Below, piece after piece: positions 19,476 to 31,445 of a stretch of DNA of 64,000 bases. The stretch comes from Patescibacteria group bacterium (GTDB taxonomy: Bacteria; Patescibacteriota; Patescibacteriia; Buchananbacterales; UBA6539): contig JAQTYZ010000002.1 in the NCBI GenBank assembly GCA_028688055.1, positions 132,256 to 196,255 of the forward strand, in the 5' to 3' direction. The stretch's first letter is position 1, and each line of letters opens with the position of its first letter. The notes under the pieces were generated by a model, which was given only the letters and a program-made list of their open reading frames with translations, was not told the origin of the DNA and did not search any database. The position numbers were made by a program, and so were the translations under genes.

Positions 19476-20364
19476 CCAAATTCAAAATACAGCACAACCA
19501 GACGCGGCTACTTTAGCCGGCGAAACGGTAACTGATAGTGAGACAACTAGTAGTGTTCATCAGCCGACTCTTTTTGCTGAGCCGGTTTTCAATATTGGCA
19601 GTTTTACGGTTACTAATTCCTTGCTAAGTTCCTGGATTGTTTTGAGTGTCATTTTATTGATTGCGGTAGCTATCAGATTGTCATTGAAAAAGGTGCCGCG
19701 GGGGATTCAAAACTATTTTGAGGTGGTTGTTGATGGGGCGCTTAATTTGGCTGATTCGGTGACTGGCTCACGCGCCAAGAGTATGAAATTTTTTCCCATC
19801 GTTTTTCCACTTTTTTTATTTATTCTTTTAAATAACTGGTTGGGAATTTTGCCGGGCGTCGGTTCGATTGGTTTTAACACCATTGAAGAGGGTCATCAGA
19901 TTTTTATTCCATTTTTACGCGGTGGCACCGCTGACCTCAACACCACCTTGGCGTTAGCAATTGTGGTCGTCATTGCCACGCACGTCGCCAGTATTGCTAT
20001 GACCAGCACTTGGCAGTATCTTAATCGTTTCATCGGTATTGATTTATTTTTAGAATTACCAAAAAAGATTTTTAAGCATCGCGAATTTACAGCAGTTTTG
20101 GTTAATCCGATTAAATTTTTAGTCGGCTTAATCGAAATTGTCGGCGAATTCGCCAAAGTCGCTTCATTGTCATTTCGATTATTCGGTAACATTTTTGCCG
20201 GCGAGGTTTTGCTCGGCGCGATGGCGATGATTTTTGCTTATATTCTGCCAGTGCCGTTTATTTTTTTGGAAATTATTGTTGGACTGGTTCAAGCGATGAT
20301 TTTTTCAATTTTAACTTTGGCGTTCCTCACGGTGATGACCATCGATCACGGTGAGGCACACTAA
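19456..20364 (+). CDS. atpB: F0F1 ATP synthase subunit a
   Basis: 302 aa. LSFRLFGNIFAGEVLL motif carrying the conserved Arg. Confidence 0.9.
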   Translation: MTIETNNQIQNTAQPDAATLAGETVTDSETTSSVHQPTLFAEPVFNIGSFTVTNSLLSSWIVLSVILLIAVAIRLSLKKVPRGIQNYFEVVVDGALNLADSVTGSRAKSMKFFPIVFPLFLFILLNNWLGILPGVGSIGFNTIEEGHQIFIPFLRGGTADLNTTLALAIVVVIATHVASIAMTSTWQYLNRFIGIDLFLELPKKIFKHREFTAVLVNPIKFLVGLIEIVGEFAKVASLSFRLFGNIFAGEVLLGAMAMIFAYILPVPFIFLEIIVGLVQAMIFSILTLAFLTVMTIDHGEAH

Positions 20365-20384
20365 ATTAATAATTAACTAATTAA

Positions 20385-20612
<228 letters not shown>

Positions 20613-20686
20613 TTTTTTTATCGGCACTGCGTCGTTTTCACGGGGGAGCGCCGATGGCTAAAACTATTTATTACTGAACTTAAGTT

Positions 20687-21196
20687 ATGGAATCAATTAT
20701 TACAACTTTTCATATCGATTGGCGTTTGTTAATTGCCCAAGCCGTCAATTTTGGTTTAGTGGTCGGGGTGTTGTGGTGGTTTGCGGTTAAACCATTGACC
20801 AAGTTAATGGCTGAACGCAGCGCCACGATTGAAAAAAGTTTGCACGACGCCGAAGAAATTACCAAAAAACTTCAAGTTGCTGAGGAGGAAAAGCGACAGC
20901 TTATTAATCATGCCCGAGTGCAGTCTCAGGAAATTATCGCTCAAGGCCAGGCGCGCTCGGCGGAAGCCACCGCGCTGGCGGTTAACCGTGCCAAAGAACA
21001 GGTCAAAAAAATTATTGAAGAATCAAAACGGGAAATTGCCAATGAGCAAAAGAAAATGATGGTCGAAGCCAAATCGGAAATTGTTGAGGTTGTGACCGCG
21101 GCGGTTAACGCCGTTTTAGCCACCGCCGTTGATAAAAAAGTTGATGCCAAGCTGGTTGAGGAAACAGTGTCAGCGCTTAATCAGACTACTAAATAA
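20687..21196 (+). CDS. atpF: ATP synthase subunit b
   Basis: 169 aa. N-terminal TM helix and a long charged coiled coil. Confidence 0.85.
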   Translation: MESIITTFHIDWRLLIAQAVNFGLVVGVLWWFAVKPLTKLMAERSATIEKSLHDAEEITKKLQVAEEEKRQLINHARVQSQEIIAQGQARSAEATALAVNRAKEQVKKIIEESKREIANEQKKMMVEAKSEIVEVVTAAVNAVLATAVDKKVDAKLVEETVSALNQTTK

Positions 21197-21198
21197 CG

Positions 21199-21597
21199 AT
21201 GAAAGTAACACCCAAACAACTAGCGGCGGTCTTAGCCCAAGCGACAGCCGATGTTAAAGGATCGGAACTGGCTAGCATTTTGGAAAATTTTTTTCAATTG
21301 GTAAAACGTTCGTACTTAATGTCGCGGTTGCCGGAAATTATTTTGGAGTATAAAAAATATTATCTGGCCGCCCAAGGAATAATAGCGGTTAAGGTTCAAT
21401 CAAGTCGGCCGTTGACCAGCTCGGAACATAATCAGTTGGTCAAACAACTCAAAGCACTGACGGGAAAAAATATTGAATTAACCGATACGGTTGACTTGAG
21501 TCTGGGCGGGGGAATCAAGCTCCAGTATGAAGACACTTTGATTGACGGTACCATCAAACGCCGCGTGGAAAATTTAAAATCATTATTAAAAAGTTAA
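21199..21597 (+). CDS. atpH: ATP synthase subunit delta (OSCP), short form
   Basis: 132 aa. Lies between atpF and atpA. OSCP-like C-terminal motifs. Confidence 0.7.
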   Translation: MKVTPKQLAAVLAQATADVKGSELASILENFFQLVKRSYLMSRLPEIILEYKKYYLAAQGIIAVKVQSSRPLTSSEHNQLVKQLKALTGKNIELTDTVDLSLGGGIKLQYEDTLIDGTIKRRVENLKSLLKS

Positions 21598-21620
21598 CGC
21601 TTTAGAAATATTAAAAAATT

Positions 21621-23135
21621 ATGTCAAACAATCGGATTATCGATGCCCTCACGCAACAGCTAAAACAATACAAGGCCGACCCAGCAGTCGAAAAGGTTGG
21701 TACCGTTTTAGAAATCGGTGACGGCATCGCCAAAATTAGCGGTTTGTCGTCAGCCATGGCCGGCGAAATGCTTGATTTTGGCAATGGTGTGATGGGCGTC
21801 GCTCTTAATTTAGAAGAAGATTTTGTCGGTGCTATTGTTTTGGGCGATTATCAAAAAATTATTCAGGGTACAACGGTCAAGACTACCGGCCGGATTTTGG
21901 AAGTGCCCGTCGGCGACGGGATGATCGGTCGCGTGGTTGATGCTTTAGGTCAGCCGCTCGACGGCCGCGGTGCGATTTCAACTAAAACTTTTTATCCGTT
22001 AGAAAAAATTGCCCCGCGCGTTATTACTAGACAAGGGGTGAGCGTGCCGTTGCAAACCGGTATTAAAGCGATTGACGGGATGATTCCGATTGGTCGCGGC
22101 CAGCGCGAATTAATTATTGGCGATCGGCAAACCGGTAAAACTTCCATTGCGATTGATACCATTATTAATCAAAAGGGTCAGGATGTTATTTGTATTTACG
22201 TGGCGATTGGTCAAAAAAGTTCCAAGGTGGCCCGAATCGTTTCGGAGTTGACCAATGGTGGGGCAATGGATTATACAACTGTTGTGTTGGCCTCGTCATC
22301 TGATCCGGCTTCTTTACTTTATTTGTCACCCTTTGCCGGCTGTGCCATTGGTGAATATTTTATGGATCAGGGCAAAGACGTTTTAGTTATTTATGATGAT
22401 TTATCCAAGCACGCGGTGGCTTATCGAGAAATCGCGTTGGTGTTGCGACGCCCGCCGGGACGCGAAGCTTATCCGGGTGATATTTTTTATCTTCACTCAA
22501 GATTATTAGAGCGGGCCGCGCGTTTAAGTAAAGATTATGGTGGCGGTTCCTTAACCGCGTTGCCAATCATTGAAACTCAAGCCGGTGATATTTCCGCCTA
22601 CATTCCGACTAACGTTATCTCAATTACTGACGGCCAAATCTTTTTGGAAACGGACTTATTTTATCAAGGCGTTCGGCCCGCGATTAACACCGGTTTGTCA
22701 GTGTCGCGCGTTGGATCGGCGGCCCAAATTAAGGCTATGAAAAAAGTGGCCGGCAAAATGAAATTGGATATGGCGCAATATCGAGAATTGGCTGCCTTCG
22801 CGCAGTTTGGTTCTGATTTGGATGAGGCGACGAGAAAACAGATTCATTTAGGCCAGCGTTTAACGGAAGTTTTAAAGCAGGGACAATTTCAACCCTTGCC
22901 CGTTGTTTTGCAAGTTACCATTTTATATGCGGCGACTAACGGCTATTTGGATGACGTGCCGGTTGAAAAAGTTCGCGAGTTTGAAGCAGGATTGTTGGGC
23001 TATGCGCAAGCTCACGGTCAAGCGATCTTGAAAAACATCGCCGAGAAAAAAGAAATTGTTGAAGCCACCGAACATCAATTGCGCGGTTTGATTGTAGAAT
23101 ACAAACAGAGCCTTGATTATCTAACTAAAGCTTAA
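21621..23135 (+). CDS. atpA: ATP synthase subunit alpha
   Basis: 504 aa. P-loop GDRQTGKT and alpha-subunit signature. Confidence 0.97.
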   Translation: MSNNRIIDALTQQLKQYKADPAVEKVGTVLEIGDGIAKISGLSSAMAGEMLDFGNGVMGVALNLEEDFVGAIVLGDYQKIIQGTTVKTTGRILEVPVGDGMIGRVVDALGQPLDGRGAISTKTFYPLEKIAPRVITRQGVSVPLQTGIKAIDGMIPIGRGQRELIIGDRQTGKTSIAIDTIINQKGQDVICIYVAIGQKSSKVARIVSELTNGGAMDYTTVVLASSSDPASLLYLSPFAGCAIGEYFMDQGKDVLVIYDDLSKHAVAYREIALVLRRPPGREAYPGDIFYLHSRLLERAARLSKDYGGGSLTALPIIETQAGDISAYIPTNVISITDGQIFLETDLFYQGVRPAINTGLSVSRVGSAAQIKAMKKVAGKMKLDMAQYRELAAFAQFGSDLDEATRKQIHLGQRLTEVLKQGQFQPLPVVLQVTILYAATNGYLDDVPVEKVREFEAGLLGYAQAHGQAILKNIAEKKEIVEATEHQLRGLIVEYKQSLDYLTKA

Positions 23136-23141
23136 GCGCTT

Positions 23142-24068
23142 ATGGCGGTTTCAACTAAAATTATTAAAGGGCGGATTCGATCAATTGGTAATACCAAAAA
23201 AATTACCAAAGCGATGGAAATGGTTGACGGTGCTAAAATGCGCAAGGCGGTGGCCGCGGTTTTGGCTTCACGGGCTTATGCTGATTTAGCGTGGTCGATG
23301 ATTTTTAATTTAACCGCCGGAGTTAATGAAATTGCTAATCCGTTATTACAGCCGCGCGCTGAAGTAAAAAATATCTTATATGTTTTATTTTCTTCCAATC
23401 GCGGTTTGTGTGGTGGTTATAATAGCCGCGTCGTGGCTGAAGCCTTCCAGCAAAGTCAGCGATTCAACGGTTATGGGGCCACAGCGCATTGGCTAGCGGT
23501 TGGTAAAAAGGCGGCCGATGCGATCGTCCGTTCCGGCCGAACGCTTGAAGCGCAATTTGAAAAACCGGAACGAGTTGCCACCAGCGCTGATGTAATGGCA
23601 TTAAGCCATTTAATCATCAACGGTTTTTCCGACGGCACTTATGACAAGGTGATGATAATTTACACTGATTTTGTAACACCTTTAGTCCAACAAGCCAAGG
23701 TAAAGCAATTGTTGCCGCTTGAAAAAAATTCAGATGATACTTTGGGTGCGGCCGAGGAAGTATTTACCGATCAGCCGAAACCAATTCAAACGCGGGTAAA
23801 ATCAGCGGCGATCGAATATATGTTTGAACCAGACCCTGAGATTGTTTTAGATCAGTTGTTGCCGCGCTTTATTGAAGTTCAGCTTTATCAGGCGATGTTG
23901 GAATCAGCGGCATCGGAACATTCAGCCCGAATGATTGCGATGCGCAACGCCACTGATGCCGCGGCTGATATGATTGATTCATTAACCTTACTTTTTAATC
24001 AAGCCCGTCAAGCCAGTATTACCCGTGAGATTGCGGAAATTTCTGGTGGTAAGGCGGCCTTAGAATAA
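23142..24068 (+). CDS. atpG: ATP synthase subunit gamma
   Basis: 308 aa with gamma-subunit N- and C-terminal helices. Confidence 0.9.
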   Translation: MAVSTKIIKGRIRSIGNTKKITKAMEMVDGAKMRKAVAAVLASRAYADLAWSMIFNLTAGVNEIANPLLQPRAEVKNILYVLFSSNRGLCGGYNSRVVAEAFQQSQRFNGYGATAHWLAVGKKAADAIVRSGRTLEAQFEKPERVATSADVMALSHLIINGFSDGTYDKVMIIYTDFVTPLVQQAKVKQLLPLEKNSDDTLGAAEEVFTDQPKPIQTRVKSAAIEYMFEPDPEIVLDQLLPRFIEVQLYQAMLESAASEHSARMIAMRNATDAAADMIDSLTLLFNQARQASITREIAEISGGKAALE

Positions 24069-25475
<1,407 letters not shown>

Positions 25476-25477
25476 TT

Positions 25478-25927
25478 ATGTCTAAAACCTCGTTCGAATT
25501 TAAAATTGTCACGCCGGAACGGGTGGTGATGTCTGAGGTGGTTAAACAAGTTACCATTTCCACCGTCGCCGGTGAAATCACCGTTTTACCACACCACTTG
25601 TCGTTGGTGTCGCTTTTGAAGCCAGGTGAAGTTCGCGCGGTGTTGCATGATTCGGAGGTGACAGTCAGTATGGCCGTGTCCGGCGGTTTTATTGAAGTTA
25701 CTCACGACCGAGTTTTGATTTTAGCCGACACGGCCGAACGAGCCGAAGAAATTGATGAGCAGCAAGCCGTCGCGGCTCATCAGCGCGCTCAACAATTAAT
25801 GACTGAATCAAAGAATCGTGACGACGTTGATTACACCGCTTTAGCCGGTAAGATTGAAAAAGAGTTGGCGCGACTTAAAGTCGCTCGTAAGCGCCGCCCG
25901 GGTATTCAACCCCATATTGAATCTTAA
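25478..25927 (+). CDS. atpC: ATP synthase subunit epsilon
   Basis: 149 aa. Beta-sandwich plus C-terminal helical hairpin. Confidence 0.9.
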   Translation: MSKTSFEFKIVTPERVVMSEVVKQVTISTVAGEITVLPHHLSLVSLLKPGEVRAVLHDSEVTVSMAVSGGFIEVTHDRVLILADTAERAEEIDEQQAVAAHQRAQQLMTESKNRDDVDYTALAGKIEKELARLKVARKRRPGIQPHIES

Positions 25928-25939
25928 AAAATATCGTTT

Positions 25940-26359
25940 ATGTCTAAACATTCTTGTGCCGCGATGGTCATTCGTTGTATTGATTTTCGCATCGCCCCTA
26001 AAAATTTATCAGAATTGCTTTCCGAAGCTGGGATGTGCCATGACGGTGATTATGATTTAGTTTCGGTCGCCGGATCTGGCAAGGATTTATTATCAGAAAA
26101 TACAACCGAGCGTGATTTTATCTTAAAGCAGATAAATATTTCAAAAAAACTTCATGACATTAAAACTATTTATATTTTAATGCATGACAACTGCGGCGCC
26201 TATGCCATTCCAGATGCGGTGGAAGAACATAATATTCAAGTTAAGGATCTAAAGCAAGTTGAGCAATATCTTAATTCGGTGCTGACTGATGTTGAAATCA
26301 AAGGATTTATCGTTAAGGGTGTTCCGACTGGTATATTGTCATTGGAGTCAGTTTATTAG
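25940..26359 (+). CDS. hypothetical protein with beta-carbonic-anhydrase-like zinc motifs
   Basis: 139 aa. CIDFR (C-x-D-x-R) at ~23 and HDNCGAY (H-x-x-C-G) at ~92. AT-rich host composition. Terminator at 26378-26406. Confidence 0.45.
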   Translation: MSKHSCAAMVIRCIDFRIAPKNLSELLSEAGMCHDGDYDLVSVAGSGKDLLSENTTERDFILKQINISKKLHDIKTIYILMHDNCGAYAIPDAVEEHNIQVKDLKQVEQYLNSVLTDVEIKGFIVKGVPTGILSLESVY

Positions 26360-26377
26360 TTTTTAAAAGTCATTTAA

Positions 26378-26406
26378 GGCGGTGGTTTTGCCACCGCTTT
26401 TTTTAT
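26378..26406 (+). terminator. rho-independent terminator closing the atp operon
   Basis: ggcggtgg-ttttg-ccaccgc + TTTTTTT. Confidence 0.6.
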
Positions 26407-26515
26407 TTAACTCTTGACAAAATACCATAATATGTTATGGTAATCCCTTCGTTTGTTCCAGGTGAACAAATGATTTAGTTACTAATTGGGTCAAGGCAAC
26501 AGGAGGATTTGACCA

Positions 26516-27544
26516 TTGATCTATACAGTAAGCACCAATCAGCTGTTGGCGATGGCGGCCAGACATTCGGAGCAGTTCCTAAGGGAACAGCTGAATCGAC
26601 AAGATTTTCTCAGAAAACATCCGGTTCAAATTGCGGGTATCTCCTGCATGGACGGCCGGACAAAACTGAGTGCAATCTTTGGGCTCCGCTTCGGCTTTAT
26701 CCGACGGCAATGGCGAACTTTAGCCGGTGTGGTTGATTTGGGCGCCCCTCGTTTTAGGGCTTCCGTCGACAATTGGCGAAGTTACGCCAAGCAAAACGAT
26801 CAGGATAGCTTAGTGTTTGTCAGCTATCACTACTCGGGCAGAAATGACGCCCAACTCGGTTGTCGTGGTCATCACCACAACAAAGACCGAGCGCTGGCCG
26901 CGGCCCTGAAGATTTACGAACAATTCGTTCGTGTCTATGGTGAAACGATGCCATGCCCGGTGGTCATTGGCATTGATACTGACTTTGAGACAGTTTATGT
27001 CCACGATCAGAAGGGTTCTATTATCGACGCGAGCAGTTTCGTCAATCAGCCGGAGGCAGATATTGTGGAATGTCTTGCCGGCGGTTTCCCGAGTATGCCG
27101 AAGACAGTGCTAGAGGTTTTAGCCTTGGCGGTCAAAGGTAACGCTGTTCATACGTCCGGCCTTAAAGCGGCCAAACGTCCGATTGAAGAGGCTCAGCACC
27201 ACGAGTATGCCCTCGTCGTTGGCGAGGGGATGTGGACTGAGCCGAACTCAGCAATTGTTGTTGGTCCTTACACTCTGGATTTTGGCGAATCGATCGGTGT
27301 CGCCGCTGGATTGCTGTCGGACAATTTCGACAAGGGTCGGGCCAATGGCAATGATCCGGTCCTGTTGTCTTGTGCGGTTTTCCGCGATTCGGAAATCGCT
27401 CGTCGCGGTGCGATTGAAGAAGCTCGATGTTTTCTGGATTATTCGCAGCAGGTCATTGCCAAGCAAGTCCCTGACTTCGCCAAGCGTCTGATCTATCATG
27501 CGAGTGTTCTCGATTTGAATAATCGCCTCGTCGAGCTAGTCTAG
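26516..27544 (+). CDS. hypothetical protein (GC-rich island D, TTG start)
   Basis: 342 aa, ~53% GC. AGGAGG SD. Promoter region contains the perfect inverted repeat ACCATAAtatgTTATGGT at ~26417-26434. Terminator at 27573-27606. Confidence 0.5.
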   Translation: MIYTVSTNQLLAMAARHSEQFLREQLNRQDFLRKHPVQIAGISCMDGRTKLSAIFGLRFGFIRRQWRTLAGVVDLGAPRFRASVDNWRSYAKQNDQDSLVFVSYHYSGRNDAQLGCRGHHHNKDRALAAALKIYEQFVRVYGETMPCPVVIGIDTDFETVYVHDQKGSIIDASSFVNQPEADIVECLAGGFPSMPKTVLEVLALAVKGNAVHTSGLKAAKRPIEEAQHHEYALVVGEGMWTEPNSAIVVGPYTLDFGESIGVAAGLLSDNFDKGRANGNDPVLLSCAVFRDSEIARRGAIEEARCFLDYSQQVIAKQVPDFAKRLIYHASVLDLNNRLVELV

Positions 27545-27793
27545 TATCGTTCTTTGTCATCTTGCTCTCACACGGTCCCAAAAAGTTTTTGGGCCGTTTT
27601 TTTATTTGGCTTTTGTCAAAAATATTTTTGTTCATCTATAATTTGAGAATATTTTTTTGTTTGGAACGTGTTTTAGTGACGGCCATCGGATATTAAGTTT
27701 CACGCTTGACTCATTGGTAAATTAGTACTAAATTTTAACGAGCATTTTGACAAATCGTAGCTTGGCTACTAACGGTTTTAGGAGGGAGAACCA

Positions 27794-28411
27794 ATGGGTA
27801 GTTACGGTGATAGGCTTACCGAAATGCAGGCTCTTGTTAACTGTGGTTTTGCCAGAGACGCTGAACATGCCGCAAGAATTTTGGACGATCTTGAGGCAAA
27901 CAAGAAACATGCCGATTTGTTGATTTTATACAATCAGCCTGGTCCGGTACGCCACTGTTTTGGCAGTCATTTGGTTGGTGAGAATCCATATCGCTGTACC
28001 AATGTTTTGTCCGCTCGGGTGCCCTCGGGCGCTTTGAGCCAAGCCATCAAAGCCTCACCGGCGATGGCCTTTGGCGCTTTGCGGGAATTTACTTCCCGCG
28101 TCGCCGATGATGAAAGATTCATCGACGAAGATGCCAGATTGGGGGCGTTTGTCTGGAATTTCCCGAAGCCTAATGAATGTCTTTTCTGTAGTCCTTTCTC
28201 GGCTGATTGTGTTCATGACCGAGGTAGTATGACTATTGATGAACGAGAAGGATACTTGCGCCTCGAGTTTCAGTCAGTCGCGGGAGATGATGTCTTGGGC
28301 ATATTTCATGCCTGGGGTCAGCAGTCATACGGCGATGTGCCCTTGGTTCTATACCTGTCTTGGAATCGGGTTTTGTATCCTGGATCAGCGCAAGCTGTAC
28401 CTGACATTTAA
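27794..28411 (+). CDS. hypothetical Cys-rich protein (island D)
   Basis: 205 aa. GGAGGGAG SD. TTGTCA-17-TATAAT promoter at ~27614-27642 and a ~150-nt leader. Confidence 0.45.
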   Translation: MGSYGDRLTEMQALVNCGFARDAEHAARILDDLEANKKHADLLILYNQPGPVRHCFGSHLVGENPYRCTNVLSARVPSGALSQAIKASPAMAFGALREFTSRVADDERFIDEDARLGAFVWNFPKPNECLFCSPFSADCVHDRGSMTIDEREGYLRLEFQSVAGDDVLGIFHAWGQQSYGDVPLVLYLSWNRVLYPGSAQAVPDI

Positions 28412-28420
28412 GGAGAAAGC

Positions 28421-29119
28421 ATGATGAAACCAGCTACGATTGTTATTGCCGGACACGGCAAAATGGCCCGAGCCCTAACGGCTCTTTGTCAAAGTCAAAC
28501 AGGCCCAACTCGGTTGTTTTTCGACTTTACCGAAGACATGGCCTGTCTTGATTACGATGGCATGGTCGCTGTTCATTTTGGCAGCGGCAAACAGTTGCCG
28601 GCTTTGCTGGACTGGTGCCAGCGTCATAATGTGCCACTGATCCAGGGGTCGACCAAGCTAACGCTGCCCGCTGAAGTTACGGTGCCGGTAGTGGATGCAC
28701 CCAACCTTTCGTTGCCCATTATCAAGCTGTTTGGCATTTTGCCCGTTTTACAGCATGCGTTTGGTGATATGAGCGTGAGAGTTATCGAATCTCATCAAGC
28801 GGATAAGCCAGGTGTATCGGGTACGGCCATCGTGATGGCAAAGGCTTTTGGCGTCACCGAAAGCGAGATTGATCCAATTCGCCAACCGGCCATTCAGACT
28901 CTATTGGGCGTTCCTTCGGAACACCTCAAGGCTCACGGCTATCATTGGATCGAGTTTAATGGCGCTGGTGTGAGTATTACCGTCAGTACCAAGGTTAATG
29001 GTCGTCAAGCGTATGCGGAGGGAGCGCTGGTGATCGCCGATGCCTTGATCCAACACCGTCATCAGTTGGAGGCACGAGTCTACAGGGTTACCGATATCTT
29101 GGGATTGATGTCGCTCTAA
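28421..29119 (+). CDS. DapB-like protein (4-hydroxy-tetrahydrodipicolinate reductase family)
   Basis: 232 aa. N-terminal IVIAGHGKMARAL Rossmann motif. VIESHQADKPGVSGTA resembles the DapB E-x-H-H-x-x-K-x-D-A-P-S-G-T-A signature. Overlaps or abuts the previous gene. Terminator at 29150-29186. Confidence 0.5.
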   Translation: MMKPATIVIAGHGKMARALTALCQSQTGPTRLFFDFTEDMACLDYDGMVAVHFGSGKQLPALLDWCQRHNVPLIQGSTKLTLPAEVTVPVVDAPNLSLPIIKLFGILPVLQHAFGDMSVRVIESHQADKPGVSGTAIVMAKAFGVTESEIDPIRQPAIQTLLGVPSEHLKAHGYHWIEFNGAGVSITVSTKVNGRQAYAEGALVIADALIQHRHQLEARVYRVTDILGLMSL

Positions 29120-29534
29120 AGCGACTTGTCATCAAGACAATTTCATATGCTCACCGCTGGCAATACTGGCTGGTGAGTTTTTTTAATTAAAAATACCTCT
29201 CAAAAAGGGCGATGTTTTTATCGGGATGAAGAATCTAGGATTATTCAGTGCTCTTGTCTTTTTTATCTTTTAGTTTTTTTATGCTGTTTTTTGATAGCGC
29301 TGCCCATACCAGAACGCCGATCGCAGTCTCAACCGATTCTTTTTCTTCGGCGTCTAGGGAGTGCTTTTTAAGCAGGCTTATTAAAATGGTAGCGGCTTTT
29401 TTATAATCCATCATAGTTTAACCATACCAAAAAATCGCCGGTCAGGCGATTTTTAGATAGGGGTCGGGGGAGGAGGCACATTAGCACTGAGCTTCATTAT
29501 CACTGAAAAAAGTATTTTGATTTTCAATCCTCGC

Positions 29535-30965
29535 CTAATCTTTTGGTTCAACATGAATCACCACTCTTTTTATTTCCGGCATCTTATTTTTTATCAGATA
29601 TTCAAACCGGCTAACTGCATTATGCACTTCCTCAATGGAAAGTTCTGCCGGCGCCAAGCAATGCAGGGAGATGAAAAACCGTTCGCCAATTTTTCTCACT
29701 AGCACATTGTGCAGATTGCTGATAATTTTTATTTGTTGATCGGTTTCAGTTATTAATGTCATCACTTTCGCCATCTCTTCGGCGGTGACATTTGAACTCA
29801 AAATGGCTTCTTTTTTTTGAGGTTCGATATGTGAATTTATTTCCACATCACTCCCAAATTCTTCTTTAATTGCCTTTTCCAGCTCGGTGGCAATTTCATG
29901 GGATTTTCTAAGGGTCAGGAAATCTTCCAACTCTAAGTCGAAACTGATATATTTTTTTTCGTCCAAATTATCAACAACGATATTGTGAAGCGTTAGGTTA
30001 CTTTTACCAGCCAAAGCCTGGATGGATTCCACAATCGTTTCATTATCCAGCTGAACTGAGCTGGTCCTGATTCCGATGTCTGCTTCGGGGACTTTTTCAA
30101 TTATCCTTTCCTTAATGCTTGTTTTTATTTCCTCCACTTTTGGCAAAGATAAAGTCCGGCTGATCTGAATAGCTACGTCAACAAAAACGTTTGGCCCAAG
30201 CGGTCTGACTCTAATATTTTCCACTGCTACCACTCCCTTGGTCGTTTTAACAATTGCTGCAACCACTTCGGTTATTCCTTGGGGAGCGGTATCGACCAAA
30301 ACATCAATGGTCCTTTTGCCCAAGCGCCAGCCGGCAACCGCTACGAAAATAGAAACACCAATCGCCGCTAAAGCATCTGCTCCCTGAACGCCAAACAAAA
30401 CTAAGATCAAACCAACCAGTACCACCGTCGAACTCCAGATATCGGAACTAAAATGTAAAGCGTCAGCTTCAAGCGCCTGGCTTTTAGTTTCTTGAGCAAC
30501 TTTAGTCAAAGCCCGGGAACGAGAAATATCAACCAGTATGGAAAAGATCACAACCGCAAAAGCGTACCAAGTAGCCTCCACTTCAATATTTTTGGTCATT
30601 AAACGGTGTGAAGCTTCATAGATTATCCAGCCGCTGGTAAGAAAAAGCAGGCCGGTCTCAATGAGGGCAGAAACGCTTTCAATTTTGCCGTGGCCATAAT
30701 GATGTTTTTCATCAGCCGGCTGGCCGCCAAAGCGGACGGCATAAAAAGTTAGTCCAGCTGCCCCTAAATCAAGCAAGGAATGGGCGGCTTCCGACATAAT
30801 ACCGATGCTACCGGTTAAAATGCCAACAACAAATTTAGTCCCAGTCAAAGCGGTGCCAGCCAGGATGGAACTCAAAGCGACCGCTTCCTTTTTATGATTT
30901 TGGTTGTGATTTTTTTTGGTTTCAGCAGTCGATTGTCCAGCTGTCATAGGGTTATTTTTGTTCAT
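29535..30965 (-). CDS. cation diffusion facilitator (CDF) family transporter with long C-terminal extension
   Basis: 476 aa. Six-TM CDF core (HSLLDLGAAG, HFSSDIWSS) followed by ~170 extra residues. Terminator at 29427-29456 on the minus strand. Confidence 0.8.
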   Translation of the reverse strand: MNKNNPMTAGQSTAETKKNHNQNHKKEAVALSSILAGTALTGTKFVVGILTGSIGIMSEAAHSLLDLGAAGLTFYAVRFGGQPADEKHHYGHGKIESVSALIETGLLFLTSGWIIYEASHRLMTKNIEVEATWYAFAVVIFSILVDISRSRALTKVAQETKSQALEADALHFSSDIWSSTVVLVGLILVLFGVQGADALAAIGVSIFVAVAGWRLGKRTIDVLVDTAPQGITEVVAAIVKTTKGVVAVENIRVRPLGPNVFVDVAIQISRTLSLPKVEEIKTSIKERIIEKVPEADIGIRTSSVQLDNETIVESIQALAGKSNLTLHNIVVDNLDEKKYISFDLELEDFLTLRKSHEIATELEKAIKEEFGSDVEINSHIEPQKKEAILSSNVTAEEMAKVMTLITETDQQIKIISNLHNVLVRKIGERFFISLHCLAPAELSIEEVHNAVSRFEYLIKNKMPEIKRVVIHVEPKD

Positions 30966-31125
30966 ATTAATATCCGGGAATATCTATAATTTTGGTACTT
31001 ATCTTTTTCCTCTGGTTTTGCTTTGATTAAAAATAGCTCTCCGCCTTGAAGATTATTATGTTTAGCATAAGTGATAGTGGTGATTTTGTTAAGGGGGTCA
31101 AATAAAATAATATCTATAACAAAAA

Positions 31126-31213
31126 ACACCTCCCCGAAATAGGGGAGATGTCTTCTCCTGAAACTACGACCTTAATCGCAGGTTCAGGTCGAGATGGGGA
31201 CGATGCTAGAATT
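31126..31213 (-). repeat. repeat copy 1 (tRNA-His trailer/terminator-like element with degenerate tRNA 3'-end remnant)
   Basis: ~64 nt is identical to copy 3 (ataacaaaaaacacctccccgaaataggggagatgtcttctcctgaaactacgaccttaatcgcaggttcaggt). Its tail is similar to copy 2. On the minus strand it forms a CTCCCC-tatttc-GGGGAG hairpin + T-run. Confidence 0.7.
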
Positions 31214-31445
31214 AGATTATATAATGTCATTGAAGGATTAAAATTAATTTTTAGTGGTTTAAATAATTTTCATATTCCAAATTTTTTAGATAATGTAACA
31301 CCATGAAAGTCATTTTTAACGTCTATTGTTGACAATAATAAATTTTTATGTTAGTGTCGAACGTTAACTGATTGGCAGTTAACTCTCACATACGCGTGGG
31401 AATATCCAGCAGCTCGGATGAGCTCAAAGAACGGAGGTTCAGGAT

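Noticed and set aside
26516-27544. Beta-carbonic-anhydrase assignment for the 342-aa island-D protein (SCMDGRT looked like C-x-D-x-R)
   Set aside because: The second zinc motif is reversed (GCRGHHH, not H-x-x-C-G) and spacing does not fit beta-CA. The single motif is too weak, so I left it hypothetical.
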